64,000 bases of DNA. Origin: Candidatus Bathyarchaeota archaeon. Lineage in GTDB: Archaea > Thermoproteota > Bathyarchaeia > Bathyarchaeales > Bathycorpusculaceae. Under the pieces are notes generated by a model. The model saw only the letters and a list, made by a program, of their open reading frames with translations. It did no database searches and had not been told where the DNA came from. The stretch's first letter is position 1. Each line of letters starts with the position of its first letter. The translations under genes were made by a program, and so were the position numbers. The stretch spans positions 64,001 through 128,000 of the forward strand of contig CAWFFH010000006.1 of NCBI GenBank assembly GCA_963815095.1. Direction: 5' to 3'. This document shows, in pieces, positions 22,838 through 32,646 of the stretch.

Positions 22838-23885
22838 TATAGAGTTCCAGCTTTTGCCTTATACTATCTTCATCTGCAGGAAATACTTGCGAGTTTATCA
22901 CTTTTAAGATTTTTACGGTTTTATCAACTTCTGGTTTAGGGTTTATTTGTCCCAGGACGGTTAGTATTCCCAATAATCTGGGTGAGACCTCGTACTTTTC
23001 GCTAAGAAACGCCAGAAGATTACTGTTAAAACTGTTCTTGGCGAGAATAACCGCTGCTGCATCAATCCCTCGCGCCTCTTCTCTGAGAAGCAATGATATC
23101 GTTATGTATTCAATGCAGAATTTTTTTCCCTCGACGAAGACAGTGCCAAACTCGCTGTACCCAAACCTGTTAAGGTTGAAGTTTAGGTCCGGGTCTGGGA
23201 TGCTTAGCGGTTTAGTTTCTGTGTGCAGTGTTCTGATTTGGTTTTTTTGTGCGATTTCTTTAATTTGGCTCCAGAACGCTTGAGGATTGTAGAGGATAAT
23301 TTGTTGGCTTAGAGCTTCTCTGATTGGGTTAATTTCATCTGAGGCTAAAAAGTCCAAAAAATAGTTTGCATCTAAGATTAGGCTACTTATTTTTAGGTTA
23401 AATTTTCGTTGAAGGTTCAGGGTGACTTTCTGGAGCTCTATTGTCTGATCGAGATAATCAGGAGTTACATTGAGGAGTGATAGTAGTTCGATTCGGTTTA
23501 ATTTAATGTTCTTTAGCGGGTTGATTGCGCTGATCGACCTAATGCAACATTTCTCACTTAGGGATTTGTCCATCTCGGCAAAGACGGAGAATAGGTTCGC
23601 TTTATTGGATAGGAATTCCAGTTTCTTTTCTAGCTCCATTTCAGAAAGAGTGTCAATCAAAAGGTAATTTTCAAAATTTAGCCTAATGCTTGAGGACCGT
23701 CCAATTGCTTCCAGGTTAAGCAAGCCCTTATTTTTTAGATCCTGCAATTTTTCGTAAATGTTTGCGTAATAAGCAGATCCATACCTACTCTTCATTCGGT
23801 TAGTTAATTCGTTAATTGATAAAGAATCACCTATGCTGGAAGAAATCGCTTCTAGGATTCGAATTGTGACAGTATTCATTACCAT
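22827..23885 (-). CDS. Winged-helix protein, putative antitoxin/regulator partner of the downstream nucleotidyltransferase
   Basis: N-terminal wHTH (SINEL..YANIYEKLQDLKNKGLL...GRS); 11 bp overlap with the NTase gene. Confidence 0.65.
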   Translation of the reverse strand: MVMNTVTIRILEAISSSIGDSLSINELTNRMKSRYGSAYYANIYEKLQDLKNKGLLNLEAIGRSSSIRLNFENYLLIDTLSEMELEKKLEFLSNKANLFSVFAEMDKSLSEKCCIRSISAINPLKNIKLNRIELLSLLNVTPDYLDQTIELQKVTLNLQRKFNLKISSLILDANYFLDFLASDEINPIREALSQQIILYNPQAFWSQIKEIAQKNQIRTLHTETKPLSIPDPDLNFNLNRFGYSEFGTVFVEGKKFCIEYITISLLLREEARGIDAAAVILAKNSFNSNLLAFLSEKYEVSPRLLGILTVLGQINPKPEVDKTVKILKVINSQVFPADEDSIRQKLELYNAL

Positions 23886-23901
23886 TCATCACTGACCAAT
23901 C

Positions 23902-23941
23902 ATAGTATTTTTACTATAATGTTATAGTCAATTAACTATAA
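23902..23941. promoter_or_regulatory. Tandem palindromic operator upstream of the wHTH-NTase operon
   Basis: ATAGTA-tttt-TACTAT (23902-17) and TTATAGTcaattaACTATAA (23922-41); cores 22 bp apart. Confidence 0.6.
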
Positions 23942-24023
23942 TAAAAAGACGACTAGCGCCATTTCATAAAAGTAAAAAACGATATAATCATATGAAATTT
24001 AAGTAATTACCTTTTTCCACCCT

Positions 24024-24153
24024 TAAGAATAAACATAGCTGTTTTGGCGTCCCAACCCTCAGTTAACATTCCCACTGAAATTACGTTTTGGATTTACTCA
24101 CCCTGTTTGCCAACACCGCCTACCGTATTTACCTGTTCACGCAGAAAGTCAGC
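24024..24153 (-). pseudogene. Relic of a type III restriction enzyme Res (helicase) subunit
   Basis: Translates [37 protein letters not shown], containing the SVGMLxEGWD helicase motif of type III Res; in-frame stop. Confidence 0.7.
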
Positions 24154-24399
24154 CCCTTCTTCTATCAGTTAAATAGATGGCGAAATAGTCTTTAAGTCAA
24201 AAGAAGAAAAAACGTCGCTTCTGGAAAAAACTGATTTTTTCTTCTTCTAGAGTTTGTCTCAAGTTCTCGAGTGAAACGACTTCTCAACCCTTTGGTTCAT
24301 AGCAAAACAGAAAATAAAAAATTCAACGCACTATTTCTTCAAACTCAATAAAAGCCTAGCTGAATAGATCATCGTGGAAGACAATAGACATGGAACAGT

Positions 24400-24699
24400 T
24401 TATGACAAAGCTACGACGTCGCCATCATATGTCTGTAGAATAAGCTTGTCCCAAATGCCCTTTTTCCGCAACCATTTCCTATAATTCTCAGCTCCACTCT
24501 TGCCCAATTCTTCAGATTCCCACTCAGCAACAGCTACTGTCACATCAGCACTAGCTCGCATTAGCCTATAGCTTATGAACCCGGGTTGTTGATGAAAAAC
24601 CCTGACCCCTTCTGTATTAATCAGTTTAAAAATTTCTTTAGCCTCTGCAGAATGGAGATCAATGCGCCACTTACCTATTGAACAGCGAAGATAAGTCAA
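24400..24699 (-). CDS. ABM-like barrel protein, paralog of the 8926 gene
   Basis: TY.RCSIGKWRIDL.S.EA..IF..IN.EGVR.F..Q.GFISYRLMRAS.DVTVA.AEWESEELG shared. Confidence 0.75.
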   Translation of the reverse strand: MTYLRCSIGKWRIDLHSAEAKEIFKLINTEGVRVFHQQPGFISYRLMRASADVTVAVAEWESEELGKSGAENYRKWLRKKGIWDKLILQTYDGDVVALS

Positions 24700-24989
24700 A
24701 CTATCACCAATAGAGTGAGGGAGAGGTCTCTAATAGTATATTATGGAGCCTACCGATACAAAAATTATTTTTCCATATGTTTTGTTATTTTGAATTGTGA
24801 ATGAGTTGAAACAAGAAGAGCGCTGTATGCAGAGATTGTGTTTTCTTCTAGTTGCATGAGCGTTCTGCGTTTGTTGGAAAGCAAAGAAGAAACTTGCCGC
24901 GGGAAATCACGCGCTTTCAACACTTCGCAAAACATTAGAAAAGTAGTCATCTGTTGAATTTGCCGGACGACTCCTCTAATCCAAGACAG

Positions 24990-25232
24990 CTAATTTTCTT
25001 CTTGACACTCCGTTTTTGCTTCGGGTTTGTCTTGGAAGGCTTCGATGATCTCGAGGCTGCCATCGGTACTCCATGCTTTTGCGTCTGGAACAAAGGCTTT
25101 GTAGTGCTCCAGGTACTGCGAGTAGGCGCCATCTACAACTATCAGTGAGTCTGCGATGTCTCGGATGCTCTCAAGCATCTCAGCAATGAAAGTTCGATCA
25201 TTGTAGAGATTTAGTAGCGCATGCAGTTTCAA
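24990..25232 (-). pseudogene. Truncated family 2 glycosyltransferase N-terminus
   Basis: L.LYND..I..MLESI...D.LIVVDG...STDGSLEII; ends after 80 aa. Confidence 0.6.
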
Positions 25233-25349
25233 AACTGACTTACCCCTGCATTTTAAAGAGGGTTTGTCAGCTAGCCATTATAAGACTTGAGCTATAGACT
25301 TTAATCACAAAACAATAGAGCAAATAACACTGAACTCGCCATTGAGTGC

Positions 25350-25371
25350 TTAGTCAAGGTTCCTTGACGAA
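25350..25371. repeat. Palindromic site TTAGTCAA-N6-TTGACGAA (also 30179-30200 and 32422-32443)
   Basis: ttagtcaa ggttcc ttgacgaa / ttagtcaa ggatgt tttaccaa / taggtcaa gaaacc tttactaa. Confidence 0.7.
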
Positions 25372-25417
25372 AACCCTTATAAAACAAAAATTTTTGGATA
25401 CCTATTGGAGATACCAA

Positions 25418-26386
25418 ATGAAAGCCCTGATTGTACTAATTACAATAAGCTTCATAGTTTCCCTTTCAATTGTTATGCTCCCTGTTAGAGCGCAAGAACC
25501 GCTCAGCTTAACCATTAAGCCAGATGGAAGCATTGAACCAAGTACAGATTTGCTAGAAAGAAATGGGAACACTTACACCTTTAAGGGCGACATTTTCGGC
25601 ACCATTTGGGTTCAAACCAACAATATTATAATTGACGGTGCAGGGCATTCGCTTCGAGGAAACGGAATTAGCACTGGTCAAAATTCGGAAATTGGCATAC
25701 TGCTAGGTGGACCTGATTTATCCTATCGAATATGCAGAAATGTCTTGGTTGAAAATTTAATGATTTCCAATATACCAAGAGGCATATTCTCTGTTGGCTC
25801 AAGTAACAACAGTTTCATCGGTAATTACTTCGATAAATCAGGTGTTCATCTCCAAGGAAGCGCAAATTACACAGGAGACTTGATAAAACACAACACTTTC
25901 ATAAATGCAAGCATCTTTGTTGATTACAATCCCCTTCCACTTGATGTTCTAACTGAGAATAATTTTATTTACACTGTGATATTCGTTGATTTATCTACTC
26001 CGCCAATTGTAGATAGGAATTACTGGAGCAATTATACAGCAGAATACCCCAACGCAAAGGAATTGGATAATTCTGGAATATGGGATACGCCAAATGTCTA
26101 TGACAAATTTATAGGCGGTAGCCATGGCAACTATTCAGCCATTGATTATCACCCATTAGTAAACCCCATAACCGATTTTGAGATTCCCAACTTCAGCCTT
26201 TTTCCATCAACGACACCTATCACAACAATGCATCCGACCATTAATACTGGTGCAGAACCACCACAAATCGAGCCTTTTTTAACAACATTAGTCATTGGGT
26301 CTGTAATTGTTGTTGCTGTGATTGGTGTTTTAAGTTTGCTGGTTTACCTCAAGAAACGCCATCCAAAATCGGGAGGTAAACCATGA
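25418..26386 (+). CDS. Secreted NosD-like beta-helix protein with C-terminal TM anchor
   Basis: Signal peptide, IKPDGSI..IIIDGAG, NYWSNY..D.SGIWDTP...DYHPL, TM plus KKRH. Confidence 0.85.
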   Translation: MKALIVLITISFIVSLSIVMLPVRAQEPLSLTIKPDGSIEPSTDLLERNGNTYTFKGDIFGTIWVQTNNIIIDGAGHSLRGNGISTGQNSEIGILLGGPDLSYRICRNVLVENLMISNIPRGIFSVGSSNNSFIGNYFDKSGVHLQGSANYTGDLIKHNTFINASIFVDYNPLPLDVLTENNFIYTVIFVDLSTPPIVDRNYWSNYTAEYPNAKELDNSGIWDTPNVYDKFIGGSHGNYSAIDYHPLVNPITDFEIPNFSLFPSTTPITTMHPTINTGAEPPQIEPFLTTLVIGSVIVVAVIGVLSLLVYLKKRHPKSGGKP

Positions 26387-28095
26387 GAAAGAATGTTGTA
26401 TTGCTGGTTGTTCTCGTCTTCTTGGCAACTTCATGTTTAACTGTAAATTTGCCCGTGAAGGCAGAATCTAAAACAATCACTGTACCGGACGATTTCCCCA
26501 CTATTCAAGAAGCCATCAACGCTGCCGACGAAGGAGACACAATATTCGTTAAGAGAGGCAGTTATGTGGAAAATCCAGTTGTCAATAAATCGGTTTCATT
26601 GGTTGGGGAAGATAGGGATGCAACTGTAATTGATGTGACAGCGGGTTTGAAGGTAGAAAGTGATAATGTGACTATAACAGGCTTGACCCTATATGATGGT
26701 TGGCAAGGAATAACAATATCTGCAAATTATTCCAAAATTTCAGGAAACAAGATAACAAATTGTCAATACGGCATAGTGTTACTCCATTCACAAAATAGCA
26801 CTATAACAGAAAATATACTTCAATCAATCGGACTTTCGGCTGCTATTCAGTTGAGCTACTCAAATAATAATTTGCTGAAAAATAATTATGTCGACTCATG
26901 CACGGAGGGAATTCAGCTTAGAGAAGGCAGTTCTAACAACATCGTTGAAGAAAATATTGTAACAAACTGTGACAATGTGGCTGTCCGATTGATGGGTTCG
27001 GGTGTTGGCAGAGTATGGTACGGTCCAAATAATAACACAATAACGCAGAATAGCATATCAAATTCAGGATGCGGAACAACCGTTTATGGTGCTAATGGAA
27101 ACATAATATCCAATAATAATTATGTTAACAATACCGTCCAGTTTTCAGCTAATGAAGATTATTATCTTGTCTGGGGTGGCAGCCGTTCTATTAACACTGT
27201 CGACCGAAATTATTGGAGTGAATACAACGGAACAGACACCAATAGGGATGGCATCGGTGATACCCCATACATCTTAGACGCATACAACCAAGATAATAAT
27301 CCAATGATGTTGCCGATTTCAGTTACAATGCCCAAGTCCGGACAAATTGGTGTTGTGCATTCGGGATCTCCTTCTGAACAGGATAGGGCGTTAGCGTTTA
27401 TTGAAAACGTTCTTCCAATAGATAGTACCCAATGGCATGTAGAACTCAAGGTTGACAGCAATGCAACAGATGCACAAGTTCGCCAGCGACTCGATATCAA
27501 TAACGTTTCTTTCAGTAATAGCGATAATGTGTTGATTTATTTTTTGGGTTCAATGGTAGGTACTGCGGATAGTCTGGAGGTCATTTTGGTAATCAGAGAA
27601 AACAGTTTTTACCAAGGAGTCGTGAATATCGATGACGCGCCATCTTACAATAGTTTTGGACGTCAACTCGAAGTGGCTAACATTACGAATTTCTTGGCTA
27701 ATTACCAGAGCTGGTCGGGGTCTGATTCAACAAAAATGATAGAGACGCTATCAAATGTCGATATAGCTCAAAATACCAGCACAACTTCAGGCAACCTCAC
27801 AATGTCAATCAATCGCACAAACGCTTCTACAGCGATCAGCTGGGTTTTCCAAGATTCTCGTACTTTTAGTGTTTCTTTCCAAAACAATTTCCCTGTCAGT
27901 TTTTATGATGAACGCCAGATTAATTCTATCATACCAACCTCAACACCGCTTCCAACAATTAATACAGGTGCAGAACCTCCACAGACAGAGCCATTCCCAT
28001 TAGTGCCTGTTTCAGCTGCTCTCTTATTTGTTGCAGTGGTTGGAGCCGTGCTGATCTACCCCAAGCTTAGGAAAAGAGGGAAAAACACTGGATAA
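26383..28095 (+). CDS. Secreted NosD/pectin-lyase-like beta-helix protein with second domain and TM anchor
   Basis: TITVPDDFPTIQEAINAA..GDTIFV..G.Y.E, NYWSEYNGTD.N.DGIGDTPY, TM plus RKR. Confidence 0.88.
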   Translation: MRKNVVLLVVLVFLATSCLTVNLPVKAESKTITVPDDFPTIQEAINAADEGDTIFVKRGSYVENPVVNKSVSLVGEDRDATVIDVTAGLKVESDNVTITGLTLYDGWQGITISANYSKISGNKITNCQYGIVLLHSQNSTITENILQSIGLSAAIQLSYSNNNLLKNNYVDSCTEGIQLREGSSNNIVEENIVTNCDNVAVRLMGSGVGRVWYGPNNNTITQNSISNSGCGTTVYGANGNIISNNNYVNNTVQFSANEDYYLVWGGSRSINTVDRNYWSEYNGTDTNRDGIGDTPYILDAYNQDNNPMMLPISVTMPKSGQIGVVHSGSPSEQDRALAFIENVLPIDSTQWHVELKVDSNATDAQVRQRLDINNVSFSNSDNVLIYFLGSMVGTADSLEVILVIRENSFYQGVVNIDDAPSYNSFGRQLEVANITNFLANYQSWSGSDSTKMIETLSNVDIAQNTSTTSGNLTMSINRTNASTAISWVFQDSRTFSVSFQNNFPVSFYDERQINSIIPTSTPLPTINTGAEPPQTEPFPLVPVSAALLFVAVVGAVLIYPKLRKRGKNTG

Positions 28096-28114
28096 AGCAT
28101 GAAGAAGCCAAAAA

Positions 28115-28573
28115 TTATGCTGCTTCTTTTTGAGCCCAAACAACTCGGCACTCCAAATTTCCAGCGCCGTTAGCAGTTGTCTTTCGCATCTCGATTTTTA
28201 TGCTGGGGTCTTCTAAGGGAGCATCAAAGCCGGTTAAGCGTTTATTTGCGGTGTCAAAGTCTAAGCCTTCACCATACATCTTTAGAAACGCCCAATAGTA
28301 AGTCGTGTGCGTTGCATTAAAGCTGCCTGTGAAAGTGCGGTTTTTTGTGGTGATTCTAACTTCAAGAGTCTCATCAGCCACCCAAACAATAGGCACAATA
28401 GAGTAGATACGAGCATTCACTTTGGTGTCTAAAACGGTGTACCATTGGTTCTGCTGTGGGTCAACTTGAACTAATACGGCGTCGGTCTGCAGAGCATACG
28501 GGGAATTCAGTGCCATTATAGCAGAGTAGATTGCTTTGTTTGCCTGCTCTTTATCGTTAAAATTTATGACCAT
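28115..28573 (-). CDS. Hypothetical beta-rich protein (possibly virus-derived)
   Basis: Clean ORF, ATG at 28573; N-terminus similar to the upstream micro-ORF. Confidence 0.55.
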   Translation of the reverse strand: MVINFNDKEQANKAIYSAIMALNSPYALQTDAVLVQVDPQQNQWYTVLDTKVNARIYSIVPIVWVADETLEVRITTKNRTFTGSFNATHTTYYWAFLKMYGEGLDFDTANKRLTGFDAPLEDPSIKIEMRKTTANGAGNLECRVVWAQKEAA

Positions 28574-28578
28574 CCCTT

Positions 28579-28662
28579 TCAGCTCCACTCAACAGCTACA
28601 AGAGCAGTCAATGCCACATAGATTGCCTCTACAGCTTGTTCCTCGTTATTGAAGTCAGTCAT
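28579..28662 (-). CDS. 27-aa micro-ORF MTDFNNEEQAVEAIYVALTALVAVEWS
   Basis: ATG about 40 nt downstream of a TTTATAAA box; homologous to the N-terminus of the next gene (INFNDKEQANKAIYSAIMAL). Confidence 0.55.
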   Translation of the reverse strand: MTDFNNEEQAVEAIYVALTALVAVEWS

Positions 28663-28738
28663 ACGAGCGATCCCTAAATTCAATGGCTTGTTGATCGCTT
28701 TATAAAATTTGAGATGCACTCAACGGAGTTTGATTCAC
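28649..28738. repeat. About 90 bp direct repeat, copy 1 (copy 2 at 29886-29973)
   Basis: ttgaagtcagtcatac..gcga..ta.attcaat...tcgctttataaaatttgagatgcactcaacg. Confidence 0.85.
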
Positions 28739-29057
28739 CTAGCTGCAAGTTAACTCAACTCGCAGCTTTTGGATAAATGGGGCGAAGACCTAAAAAACGT
28801 TGAAGCGATTGCTCGCCTAAATTTCAGCGCAGAGGATATATCATCTTTCTTAAAATAATGTGTGCTCACTCAAAATTAGAAAGGTCAAGATAGAGCTGAA
28901 GAGTGATCCGTGGAAAATATTTTTGAGAAAAAATGCAAATTGGAGATTTGAGAATGTCACAGAAAAAATTTTAGAAAAAAAAGACGTTAATCCAAACGAA
29001 CTAAACAAAAAGAGTCGCTCGGTTTTAAGAAAGAAGAGATAGATTCTTAGTCTAAAA

Positions 29058-29495
29058 TTATATTCCCAATTCTGCGAGTTTTAGCGGACTGTTAATCTCT
29101 ATACCCTTTGTTTGTGTGATAAGACGAGTAAACTTGGAGTTTGCTTCAGCACCAATAGTCGCAACGCGATCGCCCTTATAATTCAGGGTTACAGTAATCC
29201 CTTCTCTGCATAAATCTTCAGCCATTTCTTTTAGGAGTGGTTGCATCTTTCTAGTTTCTTGGATAGTTTTGATGTTTCTGCGAATTGTTTGTCCGACACC
29301 CTTTTTTGTTGTCCCTTTGGTTGCACCTGATACTATTTCTTTAATAAATTTCTTATCAAGGGCATTTACTTCGATGTTTTTGTTCCGCACATTCACTTCG
29401 ATTTTTGGATCATTGTTTTGGCTTAGAGTTAACTTTCCAGACTTTAGAGTTTCAAATAGCATGGTAGTTAACTGCAAATCTGGTCGCCATCGCAT
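29058..29495 (-). CDS. Hypothetical protein
   Basis: 145-aa ORF, co-oriented and tightly linked with 29512-29748. Confidence 0.6.
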   Translation of the reverse strand: MRWRPDLQLTTMLFETLKSGKLTLSQNNDPKIEVNVRNKNIEVNALDKKFIKEIVSGATKGTTKKGVGQTIRRNIKTIQETRKMQPLLKEMAEDLCREGITVTLNYKGDRVATIGAEANSKFTRLITQTKGIEINSPLKLAELGI

Positions 29496-29511
29496 TAGAA
29501 AATTAACTAAT

Positions 29512-29748
29512 TCATTTCTCCGCTTCTTTTGCCATCACGATGTCCAAGATTACTGCTCCATTTAGCCGAGCTTTAAAGACTCCTGCGTCAAGTGTTAGAT
29601 CTTCGAAGCTTAGTTTAATATCAGATTGTTTTCCAGCTAGCTTGTCTATAACTGCGATTATTGTATCACCAATTGTACCCGCGGCATTTTCCATTGATTC
29701 AGACACTTTTTCGGAAGCCTTTTTTAAATTTTCATCTTTATGTTCCAT
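29512..29748 (-). CDS. Hypothetical protein
   Basis: GGAG SD-like motif and TATA upstream; 78 aa. Confidence 0.65.
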   Translation of the reverse strand: MEHKDENLKKASEKVSESMENAAGTIGDTIIAVIDKLAGKQSDIKLSFEDLTLDAGVFKARLNGAVILDIVMAKEAEK

Positions 29749-29885
29749 TAAAAATTCTCCTTAGATTATACCCATCTTTATAATTATTAACTGTATGTTG
29801 AGGTTGCCAGACTACAACATAGGCTTTTATGAGCTAAAAGGCATCCACTTATTTGGCTTTTCACAATTAAATTGATAATTATGGG

Positions 29886-29973
29886 TTGAAGTCAGTCATA
29901 CAAGCGAACCTAGATTCAATTGGGATATTGCTCGCTTTATAAAATTTGAGATGCACTCAACGAGTTGATCCAC
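29886..29973. repeat. About 90 bp direct repeat, copy 2
   Basis: Matches 28649-28738 and includes a truncated MTDFN start on the minus strand. Confidence 0.85.
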
Positions 29974-30083
29974 ATACAAGCAAGTTCTGATTTGACCAAT
30001 CCATCTCCAACCGATCCAGAATTTACATGGTTAACAATCTTTTCCTTGTTCCTCTCTCTGCTCTTTATTGTAATTAAGTTTAG

Positions 30084-30200
30084 GCATCGAAAAACCAGTA
30101 ACTTGAAGCAATGACCTTTTCAACGCTTGGGTGTATCCGCCCTCGGTATTCGTACTAGGTTAAAACTGTTGACTGGCCTTAGTCAAGGATGTTTTACCAA
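30084..30200 (+). repeat. Cassette-boundary repeat: orphan RHRKTSN tail, ctttt..CGcTTGGGTGTAT box and TTAGTCAA-N6 palindrome
   Basis: gcatcgaaaaaccagtaact identical at 30845 and with 1 mismatch at 31316; box also at 31362, 32384 and 33399. Confidence 0.8.
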
Positions 30201-30236
30201 TAATCTTTTATTGCCTTTACCTACCTAATTTCAAGC

Positions 30237-30866
30237 ATGGGTAGAATCAGCAAGACTTTCACATTACTCCTAACTCTAACTATAATGATGTCATCTCTGA
30301 CATTTATGACAGTTAAGCTTGTAGATGCTCAATCAACACCTGTTACAGAAATTACGATTTTGTATCCTGCAAATGGTACGTTCTTCAATGTCAGTATGGG
30401 AGTTGATAGTTTCCAACTGAAATATACAACAAACAACCCTCCACTTTCATGGATAGGCTATAGTATTGATGGTGGTCAAAATAAAACCGCTTATGGAGAG
30501 TGGTTTAATGTTGATCAAATATTATATGATGCTGAAGGAAACCCAAGCGTTAGGGTATCTGGTGTTTTTGAGAGTGATGGAAACCATAGTTTGACCCTTT
30601 ACGCCAATAATACGGCAGGCGATTGGGCTATCCCTCAAATTGTTACGTATCTTGTCAACATTAATTCAGATACTGCCTTTCAACCAACAACTTCAACTCC
30701 AGTACAATCGCCATCTCTATCTCCAACCTCAACTCCAACACTATCTCCAAGAAATCCACCACATTTAGAACCGATAGATTACTTATTATCTATCAGCTTT
30801 GTACTGGCTGTTGTTATTGCATTATCTCTACTGCTTTTTACAATGCATCGAAAAACCAGTAACTAA
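30237..30866 (+). CDS. Secreted Ig-like protein with S/T/P linker and TM anchor ending HRKTSN
   Basis: Signal peptide, SWIGYSIDG, DGNHSLTLYANNTAG, TM. Confidence 0.85.
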   Translation: MGRISKTFTLLLTLTIMMSSLTFMTVKLVDAQSTPVTEITILYPANGTFFNVSMGVDSFQLKYTTNNPPLSWIGYSIDGGQNKTAYGEWFNVDQILYDAEGNPSVRVSGVFESDGNHSLTLYANNTAGDWAIPQIVTYLVNINSDTAFQPTTSTPVQSPSLSPTSTPTLSPRNPPHLEPIDYLLSISFVLAVVIALSLLLFTMHRKTSN

Positions 30867-30970
30867 AACAGGTAGACCTTTTCCGCGATGCTGCATAGAT
30901 TCCAATCATTAAGAACCAAGTTTGGAGCGTAATCAAAGAAACTAAATACTTCTTGTATAGAATAGGTGTT

Positions 30971-31282
30971 ATGGTATCTTTGATTGAGATTCCATTCAGT
31001 TTAGTTGCTTATTCTATTATCGTTGCTCCATTTGTTATTCTAATTATTGGAGCTATTCTGTACCATTACAAACCCACCCATAGATTAACCGTTGGAATAT
31101 TTTTAGTTACTTTGGGAAGTTTTGGACTTGCTATCTTCTCTTTTGTCTTCTATCTTACTTTAATTAATGAGACTAGTAGCTTTGGAGTTTTACTTACTTT
31201 AACAACTGTTTGCACTGAAGTTTTTACTTTGTTTTTAGGGATAAAATCTTTAATGCGTAGAAATTCGAATCCAAACTTGTAA
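30971..31282 (+). CDS. Small 3-TM membrane protein
   Basis: Three hydrophobic helices; AGGTG SD-like motif before ATG 30971. Confidence 0.65.
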   Translation: MVSLIEIPFSLVAYSIIVAPFVILIIGAILYHYKPTHRLTVGIFLVTLGSFGLAIFSFVFYLTLINETSSFGVLLTLTTVCTEVFTLFLGIKSLMRRNSNPNL

Positions 31283-31411
31283 TAGCCTTCGGAATTAACC
31301 TGGTAAATTTAGAAGGCATCGAAAAACCACTAACTTAGCAACTAGATAGACCTCGCGAGCGCTTTTTCAGCGATTTGGTGTATACACTCGCTATTGTCAA
31401 GTCATGAAATG

Positions 31412-32271
31412 TTAGGAAATTGGTGGGGCAAATGATGAAGTGATGTTTGTGGTTAGGACAGCAGACGGAACCATTTCGAGTGGACCCAAAAATGAAATAC
31501 ACCTTTCGTCAAAGTCGTTGAATTTGGTATTAAGAAAATTTATAATTTCCTTTTGTTTTGTGCTATCGTGCAGATGGACATCTAGTTTGTTTGCAATTTC
31601 ATTTACTCCTGTTGCATCGATACTAAATTTTATCATGACTCCAGTCAAAGCGTCTTGAACAGCATATAAGCGAGAAAGAGGAAATTTGGCGGTTTCAAAA
31701 ACTATTCCATCATAGTACCGCATCATATCTCGGTAGGTATTGAGTTTTATTGTGGTTGCATTGTTAGTAAAAATTAGATGCAGGATATAGACTGGTCGAG
31801 GTAAGCTCCTGCAAATTCGTCAGCGTTGGCAGCCTTTTCTCTAAGAAGGGCAATATGATTATCGGTAGCTTGATTGTATTCATATACTGCTATTGCGGAA
31901 CTTGCAATTAAGAGAGTTACAAGTAGAAAAGCAACTGGTTTTAGACCTATCTTGAAGCGTTTATGTCCTTTCTCTTTTGCCTCTTTTTTGGGTGATGCAT
32001 TCTCTACCGTTTGAACCGTAAGCAGAGCATCTTTTCCTTCATCTGATAAACAGTATTTGCCATATTCATCGTCCTTTATCAATCCATTAAGTTTGGTTAA
32101 GTGATGTTGAAGGTGTCCACTACTTTCAATAGCTGTTTTCTTCTTTAAGTCCGCAAATCCAAGAGAACCTTCGCTTAAGACCTTAAGGATGAGTATGCGT
32201 GTTGGATGCCCCAATGCATCAAAGACTTCTGCTCTTTGCCTATCCTGTTCAACCTGCTTATCGTTTTCCAT
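31412..32271 (-). CDS. ArsR-like wHTH plus TM plus extracellular domain (frameshift near 31787)
   Basis: EVFDALGHPTRILIL..LGFADLKK...SSGHLQHHL.KL; TM LKPVAFLLVTLLIASS; the downstream frame 31412-31726 extends open back to the junction. Confidence 0.7.
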
Positions 32272-32646
32272 CTTTTCTCTCTTCCAATATGGCTATTTAA
32301 TCCCTCTTTTTGTAGACCGAAAAAATAACTCTTAGAACGGCTAGTCCAGTTTTCTGGACAACCCACGCTACTCTGAAAGCAACCTTTTCCCACGGTTGGA
32401 TGTATTCATCCACAATTTCGCTAGGTCAAGAAACCTTTACTAAATCTGCTAATTATAAGGGCTACATTAATTTGGGTTTTTTATAAACCGCCTTTTCTTC
32501 GTTTTTTAACTGCTTCAAAACAGAAGACTACATAGTACTCTGTCCATGACCTTTTTCCAAGCGGGTGATGGGGGACCATCAACAATGGCTTTTGACTAAA
32601 AAATTAGTCAACAAAGCCTAAATTTACCAATCATTAATTAGCAGTT

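Noticed and set aside
24765-24950. IS5-family transposase C-terminal relic (LKARDFPRQV)
   Set aside because: Similarity is limited to about 10 residues, with no DDE motif or terminal inverted repeats; too weak without a search.
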